A DNA stretch of 64,000 nucleotides, from positions 1 to 64,000 of the IMG/VR virus record IMGVR_UViG_2788500073_000001. The stretch is one strand, 5' to 3'. This stretch comes from a virus. Taxonomy: Duplodnaviria > Caudoviricetes. The position numbers and the translations under genes are program-made. The notes beneath the pieces are model-generated. The model was given only the letters and a program-made list of their open reading frames with translations. It ran no database searches and was not told the origin of the DNA. Below, piece after piece: positions 18,553-28,149 of the stretch; within the stretch, counting starts at the first letter, position 1; every line of letters begins with the position of its first letter.

Positions 18553-20265
18553 TTAAAAGCTGTCCATCAAACACTTCTTTCGCTGTTCCGCACCATGGGA
18601 ATAGCGCAAAGTTGTTGATTTATCGGCATGGCCTACGATTTCAGAAATGGATGGCAGATCTTCCGGATGCCTCTGAACCATTTCTGTGATAAAACTATGC
18701 CGTGTAGAATGAACAGTGACATTCTTTACGCCGCAGCTTTCCAAAAAACGCTTGAAGTGCGTATCAAATGTCTTGGGGTCATAGGGCCTAAGCAAAGGAG
18801 TTACCAATAGAAAGTTCTCCGTACCATGATTTGGGCAGTGGTCAACGCTGTAACCTAAAAGCCGCTCCTGGTAGGCGATCAATCTTCTGACGCACTCCTT
18901 CACCTGGGACCCGACCGGGAATTCCCGGATTGACGAGTCTGTTTTTGGCGGGCCTAAATAAAGGCCCGTTTTGTTTTTCTTCTTTGCCCAAGTGTCTACT
19001 CGCTGATAGTCCGGCGCCTGCTGTGCGTTGGGATGTTCCATTCGAGTAAGGGATTTTTCAATCCGGAAAAAACCAATGTTAGATCCGATTTGCCCAAGCT
19101 GCAAACCCAGCAGCTCCCCTTTCCGCATCCCTGTGCGCAGAAGGATCACAACGGCCCAGCCGATGGGGGAGTCAGATTCCATCCCTCTCTCCACCAGTAA
19201 GTTTTCCTGCTCTTCGGTGATAAGAGGGATTGCTTTCGCCCGGTGAAACTTCAGTTCCACTTCTCTGGCCGGATTGTGATCTATGAGTTTTTTGGGATTT
19301 ACCGCATAGTTCAGTGCCTTTTTGAGCATATTCCGCATGTCGGTAAGAGTTTTATGGGATAAACCGCCCTCTTTTCCATCGGCCCGGCCGGAACAGGCTT
19401 TCAAATCAAAGAAACCCTGCAGCATTTCGGTTGTCACTTCCTGAAGCCGGCGTTCACCGAAATGGGGAAGGAAATGGGCCTGGATATACATGCGGTACTT
19501 CTTTTTTGTGCTGGGCCGGAGGCTGGTTTTCCCGGCATGGTCCAGCCAGGACATCAAATAACCGCAAAAAGTATCCTTGTTCTTTCCCACAAACGTACCA
19601 TTGTCGATGGCGACTTGGATAGCCCGGAGTTTCTTCCGGGCCTCTTTTTCTGTGTGCGCATAAACGCTTTCTGTGCGGCCTTTCAAACAATAACGGCCTT
19701 CATAAAAGCCTTCCTTCCTCAACCGCACCCCATCGCGGAAGGGCCCATGCTTTTCGCCTTTTGGCAGCGTGTGCGAACCGTGGAACCTTCCAGCTGGGAA
19801 TCCGGCTGCTTTCAGGATCTCATCCAGGCTTTCTTCCGAATTGGTAAATGCGCCCTGCTGCACGGCTTGTTCAAAAGCGCGGTATTTTGCCTTCGCCTCC
19901 TCTTCAGAGACGGCGCCGATCCGATACTTCTTTCCCTGGACGCGCATCGCAACGCGCCAGGAATTAGGGGAATTGCGGTTGATGTTATAAGAACTGATCG
20001 CCGCCGGCAGCTCTCTCAGAACCCCGGCCGGGTAGCCGTTTTCCTTCAAGTAAAGATCCAAAAGGTCTTTGGAGCCGTCGAACGACTCTTTTTGGGCAAA
20101 TTGAAGCGCAAGATTCAACTTCTTCGTTGCCTCATCACGGGATATTGCTTGCATAAACAGGCGCTTTCCGTGATGAGAAAAGCTGGCTTGCCAAACGCCA
20201 TTGGCGTATCGGCGAATATTCCCTGTCCCCTTTTTACGGGGTAATTCTCCCGTAGATCCTTGCAT
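18553..20265 (-). CDS. int: tyrosine integrase
   Basis: Catalytic R (MRKGE), K (PKT), HSTR, GH and Y (LRYSH); SAM-like core-binding domain; GGAGG RBS. Confidence 0.93.
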   Translation of the reverse strand: MQGSTGELPRKKGTGNIRRYANGVWQASFSHHGKRLFMQAISRDEATKKLNLALQFAQKESFDGSKDLLDLYLKENGYPAGVLRELPAAISSYNINRNSPNSWRVAMRVQGKKYRIGAVSEEEAKAKYRAFEQAVQQGAFTNSEESLDEILKAAGFPAGRFHGSHTLPKGEKHGPFRDGVRLRKEGFYEGRYCLKGRTESVYAHTEKEARKKLRAIQVAIDNGTFVGKNKDTFCGYLMSWLDHAGKTSLRPSTKKKYRMYIQAHFLPHFGERRLQEVTTEMLQGFFDLKACSGRADGKEGGLSHKTLTDMRNMLKKALNYAVNPKKLIDHNPAREVELKFHRAKAIPLITEEQENLLVERGMESDSPIGWAVVILLRTGMRKGELLGLQLGQIGSNIGFFRIEKSLTRMEHPNAQQAPDYQRVDTWAKKKNKTGLYLGPPKTDSSIREFPVGSQVKECVRRLIAYQERLLGYSVDHCPNHGTENFLLVTPLLRPYDPKTFDTHFKRFLESCGVKNVTVHSTRHSFITEMVQRHPEDLPSISEIVGHADKSTTLRYSHGAEQRKKCLMDSF

Positions 20266-20343
20266 AACTGTTCCTCCCTTCTGATCTCGGGACAAACAAA
20301 AACTCGCCTGGCAAATCATTCAGCTGTAAAACGGGTGTGAATA

Positions 20344-20622
20344 TTATACGCCTTCACATTCCATTTCGTCCAGCTGCTTTTTGCACAAGCGAGCCGCGTA
20401 CCATTTGGTAAATACGCTTTTGGGAACCAGGATAAACTTGCTGTCTGGAACCGTTATAGCAGGAAAATCCTCTGATTTCAGAAGTTTGTAGGCTGTCCCC
20501 AAGCTGACCCCCATGTACTGAGAAATATGCTTGGCCTGAAGGGTGGGGGGATAGCTTTCTAAATCCGCTTCGATCAAGTTGACCATTTCTTCGTATAATG
20601 GCTTTTCATTCTCAGTGTTCAT
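20344..20622 (-). CDS. excisionase / HTH_17-type protein
   Basis: 'YPPTLQAKHISQYMGVSLGTAYKLL..DFP...LVPK..F..W'; directly upstream of the integrase. Confidence 0.8.
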   Translation of the reverse strand: MNTENEKPLYEEMVNLIEADLESYPPTLQAKHISQYMGVSLGTAYKLLKSEDFPAITVPDSKFILVPKSVFTKWYAARLCKKQLDEMECEGV

Positions 20623-20637
20623 CTTTTCTCACCTCTT

Positions 20638-21651
20638 TTACCTTGAAAGTCTGGAAAGGCCCTGCAAAAGCGTCTCGACAGACTGAATGGCTTGCTGCAA
20701 TCCTTGCCGCCACCGCTTTCGCTCTATGCCTTTCAGCGCCAATTCGTTGACGCAAAGGTCCTGAATTTTGATAAGGCTGCCGTGGATGTCTGTAAGCAGC
20801 TCCTGTGCCTGCAAGGATCCGCTCCGGCTGGGGGGAAGTGAGAAATACTTTTTTGCGGCCTCCCTTACAGATGCGGTTTCTTTGCACACAGCCTTTTTCT
20901 TCTTCGTTGCTGAGCTACACAGCCGTTCGCTCTGGAGCAGAACCTGTTCCAGTTCTTTCTGCCGGAAAACAGGTGCCTGGTTATTGTAAGATAACCGCCC
21001 ATTTACCGGTTCATAGATTACCAATCTGGATTTTGGAAGCTGGTTGTTACGGAGTGCGTTCAGATATTGCTGCTCGGAATAGACCTGGTATGGGATTTCG
21101 CCTTCTATCATTTTTTGCCGAAGGTTTTGATACCGGCACTGATCCCTGTATCTGCAGCTATTTGAACAGGACTGCACATGGATCAAATTTTTGGTAGAAC
21201 GGTCCAAACCCTGAGTGGTAAGGCGCCGTTCCAATTTGTCGGAAAGATCATGCCCATTTGCTTTTGCATTTTTGAGGCGTTTAATGCACACATAGCAGTC
21301 TGCAGATTCTTTTACCGCAAGCCGTGTGGAAGCGAGATAGCCGAGATCCCGCAGGCAGTCCAAAAGGCGCTGCAATTTTTCCGCATTCGCTTTTTGAGTT
21401 TTCTGGCTGCATACCAGGATCACCGTTGCAGGAGCTTTTTGACAACATTTTACGCCGATGATTGTAGCAATCGTTCCTGCCAGTAAATCCCTGGCAGGGC
21501 GCTCAAACCGGCTCTCTGACATTGCAGGAAGCATCGGCCGAGCCGATTCCAAAACCGGAAGAAGATCGGAATACCCCTGCTTTTGCACTTCCTGAACCAG
21601 ATTTTCCAAAATAAGTTCAGGTGTAAGGCCTTTCTTCCTGGTTTTGGGCAT
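20638..21651 (-). CDS. degenerate DinG/XPD-like helicase N-terminal half
   Basis: 'YVCIKRL' and 'CSNSCRYRDQCRY' Fe-S-like region; 'LP...LVIYEPV' in place of DEAH; no Walker A. Confidence 0.5.
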   Translation of the reverse strand: MPKTRKKGLTPELILENLVQEVQKQGYSDLLPVLESARPMLPAMSESRFERPARDLLAGTIATIIGVKCCQKAPATVILVCSQKTQKANAEKLQRLLDCLRDLGYLASTRLAVKESADCYVCIKRLKNAKANGHDLSDKLERRLTTQGLDRSTKNLIHVQSCSNSCRYRDQCRYQNLRQKMIEGEIPYQVYSEQQYLNALRNNQLPKSRLVIYEPVNGRLSYNNQAPVFRQKELEQVLLQSERLCSSATKKKKAVCKETASVREAAKKYFSLPPSRSGSLQAQELLTDIHGSLIKIQDLCVNELALKGIERKRWRQGLQQAIQSVETLLQGLSRLSR

Positions 21652-22164
21652 ATAGCTTTCTCCTTCCGCTGTGTAATTACGCTTTATAGCACAGAACTGC
21701 AGCCAAACGTATTTGGCTGCAGATACTCTGCCATAAAGCAGATGTTAAACCTATGAATGTCCCCTCTGAGACTTTACCGAACTCCAGGGCGGGGACCCTG
21801 GAAAACCACCCTTCTCTTGGTCGCTGGCCAATGCTCAGACTCATAACACCGGGCACCGGATCCGCACTCTGCCATTATCCAATGGCTGTGGTCCGAACCG
21901 CTGATGTTCTCGAATTTCCAACATCGAGCTGCCTCTCGCTGTGACGCCGCCGGGCAGAAGTAACTTTAAAAACCTCCCCCATTGTCATCGCGCACGGCCA
22001 GCGACGGCCGTTCCAAGGACGATCAACAGGCTCAATGAGCGCCTAGACTGTCCTCATCGCTTACCCACTCCCGGGCTGGGGGAATCTTCAAGGTGGCGAG
22101 GTCGTATGCGGTTTTCAAAGTGCAGCTATATTACCAACCTCCTAAAAGAGGCTGATAGCGATAT

Positions 22165-22443
22165 TTATAGGGATGTATCTTGCAATGCCATTTCCCGTGC
22201 AGCTTCCATAGATGCTTCGGGGAAAAGCTCATCCAGCGTCAAATGAGGCGCCAGAGTATCCCTGAGAATCAGGCAGTCTTGCATTGTTAAGTTGCTGCCA
22301 TCACTTTTCTGCAAACGGCGTGAGAGAGTGTCGGCTTTTACATCACAGATCAGCGCCAGTTCTTTGAGCGTGTATCCCTGGATGACTGCGACCTTTATGA
22401 TCGTCTTATAAAAATACTTGTCAAAATCAACTTTTCTTGTCAT
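22165..22443 (-). CDS. Cro/XRE-like HTH regulator
   Basis: 'YTLKELALICDVKADTLSRRL' and 'LTLDELF'; GGAGG RBS before ATG 22443. Confidence 0.75.
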   Translation of the reverse strand: MTRKVDFDKYFYKTIIKVAVIQGYTLKELALICDVKADTLSRRLQKSDGSNLTMQDCLILRDTLAPHLTLDELFPEASMEAAREMALQDTSL

Positions 22444-22584
22444 ATAAGCCTCCCGTTTCAAGCCTTTGGACGCCTTTGGAATCGCAACAATGTTTTGCAA
22501 ATTTACAAAATCTAATTTTCTAAAAAAATTAAATTTTTTGGCATCCAAAACCCGTAATAAAAAGGAGAACTCCTTGTAAATACG

Positions 22585-22613
22585 ATTTTATAGCGTATTA
22601 GCAGAAATGTCAA
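22585..22613 (-). promoter_or_regulatory. sigmaA promoter (leftward arm of divergent switch)
   Basis: TTGACA-17-TAAAAT on the minus strand. Confidence 0.7.
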
Positions 22614-22723
22614 CTATTGCAAATCTCGCAATCTGTTAAATTAAAACCCTATATTCGCAAAATTATAAATATAAAATTCAACTAAAATTTTGTTATTTAA
22701 TTAAAAAACAGCCGTGTTTTCGC

Positions 22724-22752
22724 TTGAAGTAACTATATAATTCTGTTATAAT
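22724..22752 (+). promoter_or_regulatory. sigmaA promoter (rightward arm of divergent switch)
   Basis: TTGAAG-17-TATAAT. Confidence 0.65.
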
Positions 22753-22785
22753 GAAATCGGATAGATTTTCAAAGAAGGGGTTTTT

Positions 22786-23192
22786 ATGTCGCTTTCAGAG
22801 AAAGAAGTATTTTTTCTTTGCTCAGGAATAATCACACGACTCTGCTTTCTTTGTGCAAACAGGTTGGTGTGCCATATTACCGAATTATGAACCGCCTGAA
22901 TAAAGGAGCCTTGGAAGAACTTTATCTGACAGATCTCGGCCCCATCTGCCAGGGGCTTGGCGTTTCCCTGGAAGACCTGACCAGCCTTTTGAAGCGCGCA
23001 CAAAATGAGGAATTTCCCGATGATTACCCACGCGAGCAAATCATTCTCCCTCCAGTCAATAACGAGTCGCTGAAAGACAGGACCATTGTTATGCTCGTGA
23101 CCGCAGAAGAGAAAAAGATGATAGAGGAAAGGCGTGAAGCTGTGCAAGCGGCTGTTGAGCGGGCGCTCCAGAATCAAAAAGATAAAGGTTAA
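22786..23192 (+). CDS. XRE-family repressor-like protein, apparently frameshifted at a T6 run (intact frame 22818-23192)
   Basis: HTH 'LLSLCKQVGVPYYRI...ICQGLGVSLEDL'; RBS plus ATG at 22786 is one base out of frame. Confidence 0.6.
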
Positions 23193-23235
23193 AAAAACAG
23201 GTAAGCATTCTATCAAAAGATGCTTACCTGTTTTT
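23191..23235. terminator. bidirectional terminator
   Basis: AAAAACAGGTAAGCAT...ATGCTTACCTGTTTTT inverted repeat between convergent genes. Confidence 0.7.
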
Positions 23236-23253
23236 CGTTATGAAACAACTTGG

Positions 23254-23712
23254 CTACTCGTTTGTGAAGAACCCGAAAACCAAACTGTTTAATGTGTCCT
23301 CATCCAGCTCTGTGAAGTTTTCCGGCTCGGGGTGGTTGTCTTCAGCTGGCTCAGAAGGAGGTGCCGAAACATCCTCCTGTGCTGCAGATTCCGAAGTTTC
23401 TGACGGCTCCGGTTTGGGCTGTACCACAATAGGCGGTTCTGAATCCTCATTTTTCGGTTTTCCCGGTTTTTCAGTGGTAGGGATATTGTAACTCGAATAG
23501 TCGCCGACAAAGATGTAGCTTCGTTTTCCAGACACCGAAATCGTTTCTCCCGCATGATTTTGGAGGAATTCTATAACGGCCTGTACGATCAAATCTCTGG
23601 CTCCGCCACGCGGCAGGGATTTTAAGACACTGTAAACTATGTCATGAGCCGGATCGACACCAAGCGGCTTGAAGCCGATATTTATTTTTTGCGCCTGACG
23701 TGTCTCGCTCAA
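23254..23712 (-). CDS. ParR-like centromere-binding adaptor
   Basis: RHH-like N-terminus 'DIVYSVLKSLPRGGARDLIVQAVIEF' with a disordered acidic tail; follows parM. Confidence 0.6.
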   Translation of the reverse strand: MSETRQAQKINIGFKPLGVDPAHDIVYSVLKSLPRGGARDLIVQAVIEFLQNHAGETISVSGKRSYIFVGDYSSYNIPTTEKPGKPKNEDSEPPIVVQPKPEPSETSESAAQEDVSAPPSEPAEDNHPEPENFTELDEDTLNSLVFGFFTNE

Positions 23713-23726
23713 AGTGTCTCACTCCT

Positions 23727-24701
23727 TTACTTCTGACCTTTCAGCAGAGTGCGTGCAAACGTCTCAAAGCCTTTTGCGTTCGCTTTCAGGTCATTGACAA
23801 CCACATAGCTGCCAGTGCTTTCTGCGGCATATTTCTCAATAAAGGGCTTGAGCAGGATCGAACCGCCTCCGCAGAAGACCACATAGCTGGACATCCAGTC
23901 TTCCCCGGCTTCTCGGTATTCGTCAAAGATAGCCTTCACATGGGCTTCAGCCACTTCCATTACAACCCGCACATGCTCCGGTTTGAAGAAACCAGGCTTG
24001 CCCTTGATAATGTCGTCGATCTGATCCTCTGTGATCCGCCGGCCGAATTCGTTCTGAAGCCGCAGCTGGATGCTGTTATACATCGGGATAACGCCCATAT
24101 CCAAAGAAGACATATTGGGATCGGGGCGGCCGTTCACCAGATGGACGGTATCCACGGTGCCACCACCAATATCGACTACATGGATACTGGGCTGCCGGAT
24201 AATCTCAGGGGAAAGGGTCAACAGAATGGAATACGCCTGGGGGCAGACGATCACATCGCTGATAGTGATCTGATGGCTGACACCGCCGCACTGGAAGCGG
24301 TAAACGCCGCCATCTTTGAGAAAGTAATCCCGATAAGTCTGGGCCAGCTTAGCGCTGGCCATGTGTCCGGGAGGCAGGCCTACGGCCAGGACAATTTTGC
24401 TGGTGGGGTTCATGTGGCGGGCCTGCATTTCCTTGGCTACAGCGATCAAGGTGAGATAGAGATGGTTCTCGTTGATGCTCTTGTCCCGTTCGTAGGCCAG
24501 CCGCTTGTTGCTTACGACATAATACTGCCCATTGATCAGCAGCAGATCCATGGGGTCAGGCGGCGCGACGGCCGGACGGTTCGGCAACTTCTGGATTCCC
24601 GCCAAAGTAATAGAGCCGGCAGTTTTTACGAGCTTATTACCGCTGTCACAGCCAATGACGGTTGTGATGGGTTCAGGCTGGTTGGTGATAATCGACATCA
24701 T
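23727..24701 (-). CDS. parM: ParM/StbA actin-like partition ATPase
   Basis: 'GCDSGNKLVK', 'VGLP', 'PQA', 'VDIGGGTVD', 'GGGS'. Confidence 0.9.
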   Translation of the reverse strand: MMSIITNQPEPITTVIGCDSGNKLVKTAGSITLAGIQKLPNRPAVAPPDPMDLLLINGQYYVVSNKRLAYERDKSINENHLYLTLIAVAKEMQARHMNPTSKIVLAVGLPPGHMASAKLAQTYRDYFLKDGGVYRFQCGGVSHQITISDVIVCPQAYSILLTLSPEIIRQPSIHVVDIGGGTVDTVHLVNGRPDPNMSSLDMGVIPMYNSIQLRLQNEFGRRITEDQIDDIIKGKPGFFKPEHVRVVMEVAEAHVKAIFDEYREAGEDWMSSYVVFCGGGSILLKPFIEKYAAESTGSYVVVNDLKANAKGFETFARTLLKGQK

Positions 24702-24716
24702 AATGTCCTCCTAAAT

Positions 24717-25484
24717 TTACCAAAAAAGTGTTGGATTGATTTCCTGTGTGAAGTGATTTCCCGCCAGAGCATGGAGAGGCTTTTTCATGTAGAGCGGTAT
24801 TCTGTGCCGCCGGCATGTCTCGGCAATTTCAGAAAGCCATTCCGGCTGGATCAGCTTTCTGTACCTTAATCTGCCTGTCCCCAACAGCATCCATTCCGGT
24901 TTGTACGGAGAAGCCTTCAGATACTGTTCCAGGTCAATGCGGCTTCGCATCGGCTCCATGACCAGGTAACGCACATCGGGGACCTCTGTTTGCAAAAGCC
25001 GTTGAAGCTGGCCCTGACGGTCAATCCATACGCCATAGATGGAATTGGGGCTTTTCATCGGGAATTCCAGATACCTCTCGGGGAACCGCGTCAGAAAGAA
25101 ATACTGATGAAGCGGCGCCGAAGCGGCAGCGTTCAAAACCTCATAGATCACAGAACTCGGCACCCAGGGGGCAAATAGATCTCCCTTGTGGCAGACGGCG
25201 ATATTCTCAGGTGTGTTCATATCCTGAAGTTCGCTCAGCCGATAGGGGCAGTAGGTGGGGTCAAACTTATAGGGGAATGCTACTTCAGTTCCGAACACTT
25301 CGTCATGCAAAGGCTCCGTGAGCGTATGAAATTCCCCGGTTTCGCATTCCCCGTCTAAAGACATCCAGTATAGCAGATCCCTTTTTCCGCCAACTTCCCG
25401 GATCAGACGCGCCGCCCGAAACAAGTAGGCGCTGTTCACGCCACCGGTCAACGGATCCCAGGATTTAAAGCGTAATTCGCTCAA
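24717..25484 (-). CDS. DUF5131 (phage Gp37/Gp68) family protein lacking the Cys motif
   Basis: 'W.P.TG', 'FLTRFPERY', 'MEPM..RID', 'PEW...I...C....IP.YMK'. Confidence 0.7.
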   Translation of the reverse strand: MSELRFKSWDPLTGGVNSAYLFRAARLIREVGGKRDLLYWMSLDGECETGEFHTLTEPLHDEVFGTEVAFPYKFDPTYCPYRLSELQDMNTPENIAVCHKGDLFAPWVPSSVIYEVLNAAASAPLHQYFFLTRFPERYLEFPMKSPNSIYGVWIDRQGQLQRLLQTEVPDVRYLVMEPMRSRIDLEQYLKASPYKPEWMLLGTGRLRYRKLIQPEWLSEIAETCRRHRIPLYMKKPLHALAGNHFTQEINPTLFW

Positions 25485-25652
25485 TTTTGTTTCACCTCTT
25501 CTCCAGCATAAAATCCTTTCATAATGTATATAGTAAAAAAAATGAAATTTACGACCGAAATTTGCGGAAATGAGGGCCCTAATTTTAATTTTTTGAAAAG
25601 CGCATATTTGCGCAACAAAAAAAGCCGCACAGAGGCGGCTTTTTCGATTGGC

Positions 25653-26828
25653 TTATTCGTCCCAATCGTTGACGTTAAATGGTAGATCATCCTCAGAAGC
25701 GCCCTGCTTTACCACTATGGGGAGGGCGATATGGGTAATCTTGCTTTTCCCTGCAAGCTCCGTTACGACCAAAGGGGAACTCGGGCCGTAAATCTTCATC
25801 TGCATAACAGGAAGCTGAAGATGGGAGCAAACTTCGGAAAGGTTTCGGGGGCTTATGGCAACTACCGCTTTCGGAAGGCTGCCGCCGGTTTGGGCGGGAA
25901 GCACATCCTCAATGTTTCCAAGACCGGTTTCATAGTGCGCTTCCACACAGCCTTTGCTGCTATCAGCGGACAGGAATACCGGTTGTTTTCTGGCGCTGCT
26001 GTCCAGAAGTTTTGCGCGCTCCAGGAACAGCGTCAAGCTGGATGCGTCGATAACGGCATCCAGGCATGGCGTTGGGGAAAGAGCCTTTATAACGGCATCT
26101 ATGCTGGAACGCCTGGAAGCACAACTGGGAATGCTGACGGTAATCTCATACTCTCCAAATCGCAGCAGATACCGGCGGCCGTCGCTGCCGATCAGGATTT
26201 CCGGCGCGTCTTCTTTGATTGAAAGCGGCGCCAGTGCCGTTATCACGCGAGGGTGGAGGAGATATTCTTCAGTTCCATCGCCGGTATAATCTGCCGGCGA
26301 TTCCACACAAGCAGCGATCTGGCCGTTTGTCGCAGTGATGGAAACACGGTCGTGCGTCAGCAAAATGCTTACTCTTTCCGTAGAGTCTTCGTGTGCCGAT
26401 TGGGCGGCAGCGTAGGCGGCAAGAGCGGCATTTTCAAAGACGTTTTGCGGGAGCCCGGAAAGCCCTTCTGCCGGAAATTCCGGGAATACCGGTTCGGGGA
26501 TGCTGGGCGGAAGGGCCCGATTCATCCGCGTTTTCCCGGCACTGAGCGTCAGCATACTATCGCGGACTGACAGCTTCCCTTCCGGGAAAGATTTCAGCAG
26601 ATCCAGGATGTCTTTGGCATTGGCAAAAACGGTAAATTCATTTTGAACCGGATACTCAAAGCAGCTCCGGCTCTGCACCTCCTTGCCGTAGAAGCAGACA
26701 ATCAGGCGGTCAGGCGCTTCCCCGCGAAGCATCGCATAGGAACCCTGGGTAGCCAGATTTCCCAAGCGTTTGACCTCAGCGGAGAACGCTTTATCAAAAT
26801 CCATCTCGAATAATTTAGGTGTACTCAC
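25653..26828 (-). CDS. divergent DNA polymerase III beta sliding clamp homologue
   Basis: 391 aa; 'ATNGQIA', 'LERAKLL', 'ISPRNL..V......PSSPLVV...HIALPI' align with DnaN motifs. Confidence 0.65.
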   Translation of the reverse strand: MSTPKLFEMDFDKAFSAEVKRLGNLATQGSYAMLRGEAPDRLIVCFYGKEVQSRSCFEYPVQNEFTVFANAKDILDLLKSFPEGKLSVRDSMLTLSAGKTRMNRALPPSIPEPVFPEFPAEGLSGLPQNVFENAALAAYAAAQSAHEDSTERVSILLTHDRVSITATNGQIAACVESPADYTGDGTEEYLLHPRVITALAPLSIKEDAPEILIGSDGRRYLLRFGEYEITVSIPSCASRRSSIDAVIKALSPTPCLDAVIDASSLTLFLERAKLLDSSARKQPVFLSADSSKGCVEAHYETGLGNIEDVLPAQTGGSLPKAVVAISPRNLSEVCSHLQLPVMQMKIYGPSSPLVVTELAGKSKITHIALPIVVKQGASEDDLPFNVNDWDE

Positions 26829-28123
26829 AGTGATTCCTCCTCATTTGGAAGTCGGCCAGAGTGATGCTGCTTATATATCACAAGCAGGTGGTCATCGACG
26901 CCTTTGCCCAGGTATTTCCCTTTGCTATGGGAGAAAAACTTCGGCAGAGGCTTTCCAGTGGCATATTCTTTTTTCAATTTTTGGCGCATTTCCAGAATGC
27001 TTTCCTTGATCTCCCGTTCCAGGTTATCCCTGTCCCTTCCCACATAGGGATTGGTGAACTTATCAAGATCATAGAATTCCACAATCTGCTCCACAGGGTT
27101 GGTTTCCATCAGCCATTGCAGCAGCGGCCGGACTCCTCCAAAATTGGAGGTTCCGACTACGCAGAGAACGCATAGGTCATCCTTCCCATAGAGTTTCTGG
27201 TACAGCGCCCTGGCCACATACCCTTTGATCGGGCCTTCGGTGACATAAACATACTTCAGCGGTTCCTTACCCATCTCCACATGGATCTCACTTACGGCGC
27301 TGATGCCGCTCTTCAGGCTTTCACGTCCACTCGTGAAGAAGCGGTATTTATCTTTTGCCGTAGTCGGCTTATTGAGCCTGATCTGCATGGAGACGATCAA
27401 TCCGTCTTTATTGCGGATAGGTACAAAATACCCGGGATCCGGGCAGTAAATACTCCAGTTCTCTTTTACTTCTCCAGTGGATTCGTCCACCTGTGAGAGT
27501 TTGAAGAAACCCGGTACATTTTCCAAATCCAGTCCCTGCGCAACCAGTTTCTGTGCCAGTTGCGTCCGGCCGAACAAGGGGGTAGACCGGAACATGATCC
27601 GGTCTATATCCCTGTCGGTCAGCCCTCGCTCATGAAGCGAAGCGCGGTGTGGCGCCGAGAGCTTCAAAAGCCGCAGAAATGCAGTATAGACAGCGTTCCT
27701 TTGCTCTGGGGAACTGATTTTGGAAGCCGCGTTAGCGGCTGATACAGCTGTTTGCCGCACCTGGCGCACCTTGTTCATATAGGCCGGGTCTTTCCGGCTG
27801 AGATTCAAGATGCGTTCCAGTTCCTTCATACCCCATTTCCGATCTTCTTCAGACGGTCGGAAGTAGAAGGCGCCGTTTTGAGAGCTGCTCCTTGTCGGCA
27901 CCAGCTTGGGATTGTGGAACAGGAGGAAAAGATCCAGCTTATCACCGCCGGCAGCGCACTTTGCGCATCGGCAGACGCCGCCATGTCCTTTGCTGACATT
28001 GACATTGAGCTTTTTCTTCCCCCCGCAGATTGGGCAATCATAATAACCACTATTGGAGCGAATCCGAGCGGCGTCGAGCCCCACGATGCTTATCACATCG
28101 AAAATTGAAAATTGGTCGAACAT
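26825..28123 (-). CDS. DNA primase-like protein (Zn finger + TOPRIM)
   Basis: 'CPICG...CRCAKC..GG', 'VTEGPIKG', 'YDLD', 'KGVDD'. Confidence 0.75.
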   Translation of the reverse strand: MFDQFSIFDVISIVGLDAARIRSNSGYYDCPICGGKKKLNVNVSKGHGGVCRCAKCAAGGDKLDLFLLFHNPKLVPTRSSSQNGAFYFRPSEEDRKWGMKELERILNLSRKDPAYMNKVRQVRQTAVSAANAASKISSPEQRNAVYTAFLRLLKLSAPHRASLHERGLTDRDIDRIMFRSTPLFGRTQLAQKLVAQGLDLENVPGFFKLSQVDESTGEVKENWSIYCPDPGYFVPIRNKDGLIVSMQIRLNKPTTAKDKYRFFTSGRESLKSGISAVSEIHVEMGKEPLKYVYVTEGPIKGYVARALYQKLYGKDDLCVLCVVGTSNFGGVRPLLQWLMETNPVEQIVEFYDLDKFTNPYVGRDRDNLEREIKESILEMRQKLKKEYATGKPLPKFFSHSKGKYLGKGVDDHLLVIYKQHHSGRLPNEEESL

Positions 28124-28149
28124 CCCGGCTTTCCCTCCTCAGTGTTCGA

